Below, one piece after another: positions 59,961 through 64,000 of a stretch of DNA of 64,000 nt. The DNA is taken from the NCBI GenBank assembly GCA_964036045.1, contig OZ038378.1:173352001-173416000 (forward strand), read 5' to 3'. Both the position numbers and the translations under genes were made by a program. A model generated the notes under the pieces. The model had not been told where the DNA came from. It saw nothing but the letters and a program-made list of their open reading frames with translations, and did not search any database. Origin of the DNA: Eutreptiella sp. 'Long Island Sound 2002'. Taxonomy: Eukaryota > Protista > Euglenida. Position 1 is the first letter of the stretch. The number at the start of each line of letters is the position of its first letter.

Positions 59961-60864
59961 TACCACGCAGTATGGTACAGTATGGCACAGTGGCCTGGGG
60001 GATACAAGGGCATCAGCATCCTGTGTAGTGGCCCCCTTGCGCCCATCCCCGACGTGCGTGGTGGTTGGGGTTATTGCTGAACTGGGGTTTTTTGCTGGCC
60101 CCATCTGCCCCAAATGCTGCATTGGGGTTGCTCCCCCCCCCCCCCCTGGTTGCTGGCCTGGGGTTGCTTGGCAGCCCCCTTCTCCAAAACTTGCCGCCTT
60201 GAGGTTGTCCTCACAGTCACCTCCGCCCCTAGTTGCCTTGCTGTCCCTCAGGGTGTCCGTCTGTGTGTCTGTCCGTGTATCTATCAATGTGCTGGGTGTC
60301 CACACCCTGTAGCACAATCAAGACCACCACCACGCTCCCTGCGTTGCCCAGAACTGAACAGTGCAGCACCACCCGCTCACGGGCCAATTGGCGCCTCGTT
60401 CCACCCCACATAGACAAACGCAGACCCACCCGGGCTGCCACCTGCTGGGCAGAGGTTAGTGCGTAATGCCATAGGCATGTGCACTGGACACCGCTAGCAT
60501 GCACGGCACGGTATGGTGCGGTACGGTGCGGCAGTGCAGTGTGGTGCAGTGCGGTGCGGTGCAGTACAATATGCAACGCCATGACATGCCATACTATACC
60601 ATACCTTACCTTACCTTGCCATACCGTACCATACCACACCCTGCCTTACCATGGCAGAGCTTTGTATACCATATCATACTGCATCGTGCTGTGCCGTACT
60701 GCACTACTACACCGCATCACACCACACCTTACCGCATTGTACCGTACCACAGCAAAGCGCAGCATACCATACCACACAACACTGCACCGTTCCAAACCAT
60801 ATTACATCGCATCACATTGCTTGTGTTGCAGCAGATTCCCATCAAAAGTACAAAGTACAAATAG

Positions 60865-61321
60865 GCCTTGAAAAGGGGCCAGTTTGGGACCAAAAATGGG
60901 TCAAAAATGGGTTAAAAAACACGTTTTTCCAAAAATGATCCTAGACCATTTGGGATGCACAGACAGCTTAATTGAGCCCATTTTGAGCACATTCTAACCA
61001 ATTCTAGCCCATCTTGCTACGTTAAGGTGGCAATTTGTGCACTTGTGGCGTACCCTGGAGCCGTGTGCCGGAGCCACCTAGAGTTGGGGAGAGGGGTGTA
61101 GATTAGAGTACCTGGTTATGCCACAAGTGTACAAAGTGGGGCTACGTAGGACATTCAAAACGCTTGAAAATGGCCTAGATTGGAGAACCTAGATGAAAGC
61201 TCCAAGTGGGCTCAATCTCCATGTCTGAGACACCCAAATCATCTAGGATCATTTTTGGAGAAACATGTTTTTGACCCCCTTTTGACCCATTTTGGGTCCC
61301 AAAATGGCCCATTTGCAAGGC
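60865..61321. repeat. Long imperfect palindrome (foldback-like), part of a modular repeat block extending to ~63060
   Basis: Arms ~60865-61057 and ~61113-61321 are reverse complements (gccttgaaaagggg..ccaaaaatgatcctaga vs tctaggatcatttttgg..tttgcaaggc). Modules recur at 61400-61480 and 62880-63050. Confidence 0.85.
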
Positions 61322-64000
61322 TTTTGAGGACTTTTGATGGGCAAAAAAGGGGTCAAAATGGCCTCAATACACGAATCCCAAGAGGCCCAGGACCATTTGG
61401 GGGGAAAGCTGTCTTGGACCCATTTTCGACCCAATTTTGGTCTAAAAACGGCCCATTTTCAAAGCATTTGGGATTTTTAGAGGGCCAAAACGGACTCCCA
61501 CAGGCTCAAACACGCTTAAGCCACTTGGTTTGGCATCCCACGTCTTGGGGGCGTCAATGTGTACAGCTAAGCTCAAGAGATGCCATATGCGTGTTTGAGG
61601 GTTGATTTCTCGTTTCACTTGATGTTTTGCCAGAAGGTTTTTTTGAAAATGGTGGTCAAAAGTTGCCCAAAAAATGAGATGGAGGCGTGTTTGAGAAAAA
61701 AGTGATGTTGAGGGATGTCGAGAATTATGATGTAGCTCTTGGGATGAGGAAATAATCAAATACCTGACAGATTAGACTTTGGCTGGATCCGGCTTAAGTA
61801 TGCATGGTGATTAAATGGAAGTGTGATGTTCCTAGGTTCAATACCATTACAAGATTCTGGGGAAATTGGGTAGTAAATGATTTGAAGATTGTTCATGAGC
61901 ATACATGTCGAGGTGCATGGCGGAAAATTATGGTCAATCATCTTCATTGAACCTAGCGAGTAAAACACATATGAGAAACGGGTGGTCCAGGAGCAACCCT
62001 GAAAATGGGCAATTTTTTCACCCCGGAGGATGTCAAGGCCCCATTATGGCCCGGCCTGTTTGGTGCTCACGTAGGCTGCTTGAAGTAGTCAAGTGGACAC
62101 TAGTATGGGGGTCTAGCTAGTATGGGGGTCTAGCCATCCGGTTGGGCAATTTGAAGGGGCGGAAACCACAATAAGTGGGGGATTGCAGGTGGACTAGGCA
62201 CCTTCAGAATCATGTTTTGAGCCACGTAGTCCGAGACATGGCCTGTTCTTGATTTTGGGCTTTTTGTAGGCAAATTAGTAGGCAGTAAAAATTGCGCCCA
62301 TTCAAGGCCCTTTTAGGGCCATTTTGGGGTGTCTTGGACATATCATTGAGTTAGAGGGCACCAAAAGGCTCCATGACACAAGGACGTCAAGCTGCCCGTG
62401 GAGTGTACCAACTGTTTTCCGTCATTTAGCTGCGTGTAACGGGTTCTTGAGCTATTTTGGCCCAAAAAAACTGGCCGTTTTTGGCCCAAAACGGCCCAAA
62501 TTTGGAGGGGAACCTCTTCCTGCGCCCCAGGCCACCACTATTGAATTTTTGGCTCAAAACTTGGATTTTGGAAGGCCACCACATAGGCTTTGGTATGGCT
62601 AGAGTAGATAGAGTAGAGTAGAGCCAAATAGAAAGGAGACGTGTTGTTGCTTGCTTGCTTGCCATTGTCGGCTAGATTTAAGGGGAGAGGGGTGTAGCAA
62701 TATATCCTCTAATCTACACCCCTCTCTATGCATTTTGAGCACAGCTCTAGGGTAGGCTAGAAGCGTCCTCGGGAAATGGCCTTGAGAAACATTTGAAAAG
62801 CTAGGGCCACGGTTTGATGGACCACAAAGGGTCAAAACGGGAATAGGATGGGCTGATTTCCCTTTGTGAAGCATCCCAAGTTGTCTCAGATTTTTGAACC
62901 ATTTTGACCTATTTTTGGTCCCAAAATGGCCCATTTTCAAGGCTTTTTGGGACTTTTGACAAGTGAATGCGAGTCACAACGGGCCAAAGTGGGCTCAATT
63001 CACCCGTCGGAGCGTGGCAAGTGGTTTACAATCATTTTTGGAAAAACTTGTCTTTGATCATGACCTAACCGCCACACAATAACAATAGTGCGGGTAGAGG
63101 AGGCACTTTGGACACTATGCATGAAAGGCCGGAGCAACGCATTTGCAGCAGTCATTGTGGTATGCCGATTCTCATAGGTGCTGACGGCGGTGCACATTAC
63201 TATGAACCGTTCGGGTAGAAGCGACTCAAGGTGTGACTGTCAGAATTCCGACAGTGAAAAAAATTGCACGAACGGCAAAATGTGACCAATGAAAATTTTA
63301 CGGTGCTAGAGCTCTAAACATTCAAGAATCTCGGTCAACGTTTACATTTCATACCGAGTTGTATGTGAAAAACTTAGCGGCGTTTTGAAATAATAGTGCA
63401 AGATCCAGACCTTGTTCAGAAATGTTGCGACGAGTCAAGGAAATGTATAAAATGGGTCTACGAAAGGGCAGATAGCTGCAAGTTGCATTTTGTGGACAAG
63501 CTGGAAGACGTACCCATAATTGGACAATTGCGGCCGGGGGAATATTGATCAAATGCGCCCCAAACAGTCGTTCAATGCTCCCATGTTTTTTAATTTTCGG
63601 TATAATGATTAACCCTGAATGGCATGTCTCAGTGCAAAAATGTTCACGGCACCATCGCCGTTAAAAAAAGTCGTTTGCCTGGTGGTTGGCCCCCCATACC
63701 AATATTGAAACATATGTTCTTTGTCTGACGGATGGAGAAGGGCAGAGATGGACAAGGGGGGGGGGGGGGTTGCATTGCACATTGTTGCTTCCCATATGAG
63801 CTAAGTGTGATCCCCCTCATAACCTATGGCAGCTGGACACGCCAGTGAAGACCCCGATGGGCAGGGAGGGAGATCGTTCGATAGTGGGTAAACATTGACG
63901 GCACCAGCGCTATAAATGTTTTCGGCGCCGGCACCATAAAATGACAAGAGGTAATCCAAACAAGGGTGTACAGGTGGTAAGCCGTATCCCCCCGAGAAAA

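Overview
Eukaryotic, repeat-rich genomic DNA with spliceosomal GT-AG introns and one 200-N assembly gap. A tripartite plastid-targeting-like presequence and polypyrimidine-AG sites just upstream of start codons point to a photosynthetic euglenid; this is inference, not proof. All host genes I could reconstruct lie on the minus strand. (1) A long multi-exon model (about 24.1 kb to 2.3 kb) whose phase-compatible exons join HEAT-like helical repeats, a 3.26-kb repeat-built exon with four C-x7-C-x5-C-x3-H zinc fingers, and a SAM-like domain. (2) A 3-exon ankyrin/coiled-coil/pseudokinase gene (41733-36863, about 662 aa). (3) A 2-exon uncharacterised gene with a class I euglenid-type plastid presequence broken by a small frameshift (48383-45103). 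(4) Candidate exons of a fourth gene near 57.7-59.5 kb. Introns and intergenic DNA hold a 5.85-kb RT-less non-LTR retroelement with an (AAC)n tail inside a (TATGG)n microsatellite, a second 5'-truncated LINE with a 9-bp TSD, a frameshifted hAT transposase element carrying a tRNA-like A/B box, several CAG-ended hAT-type MITEs with 8-bp TSDs, a tRNA-Asp-derived relic, a degenerate ~52-bp tandem array, a foldback palindrome and many microsatellites. All gene models were assembled by eye from splice signals and reading phase and need transcript confirmation.
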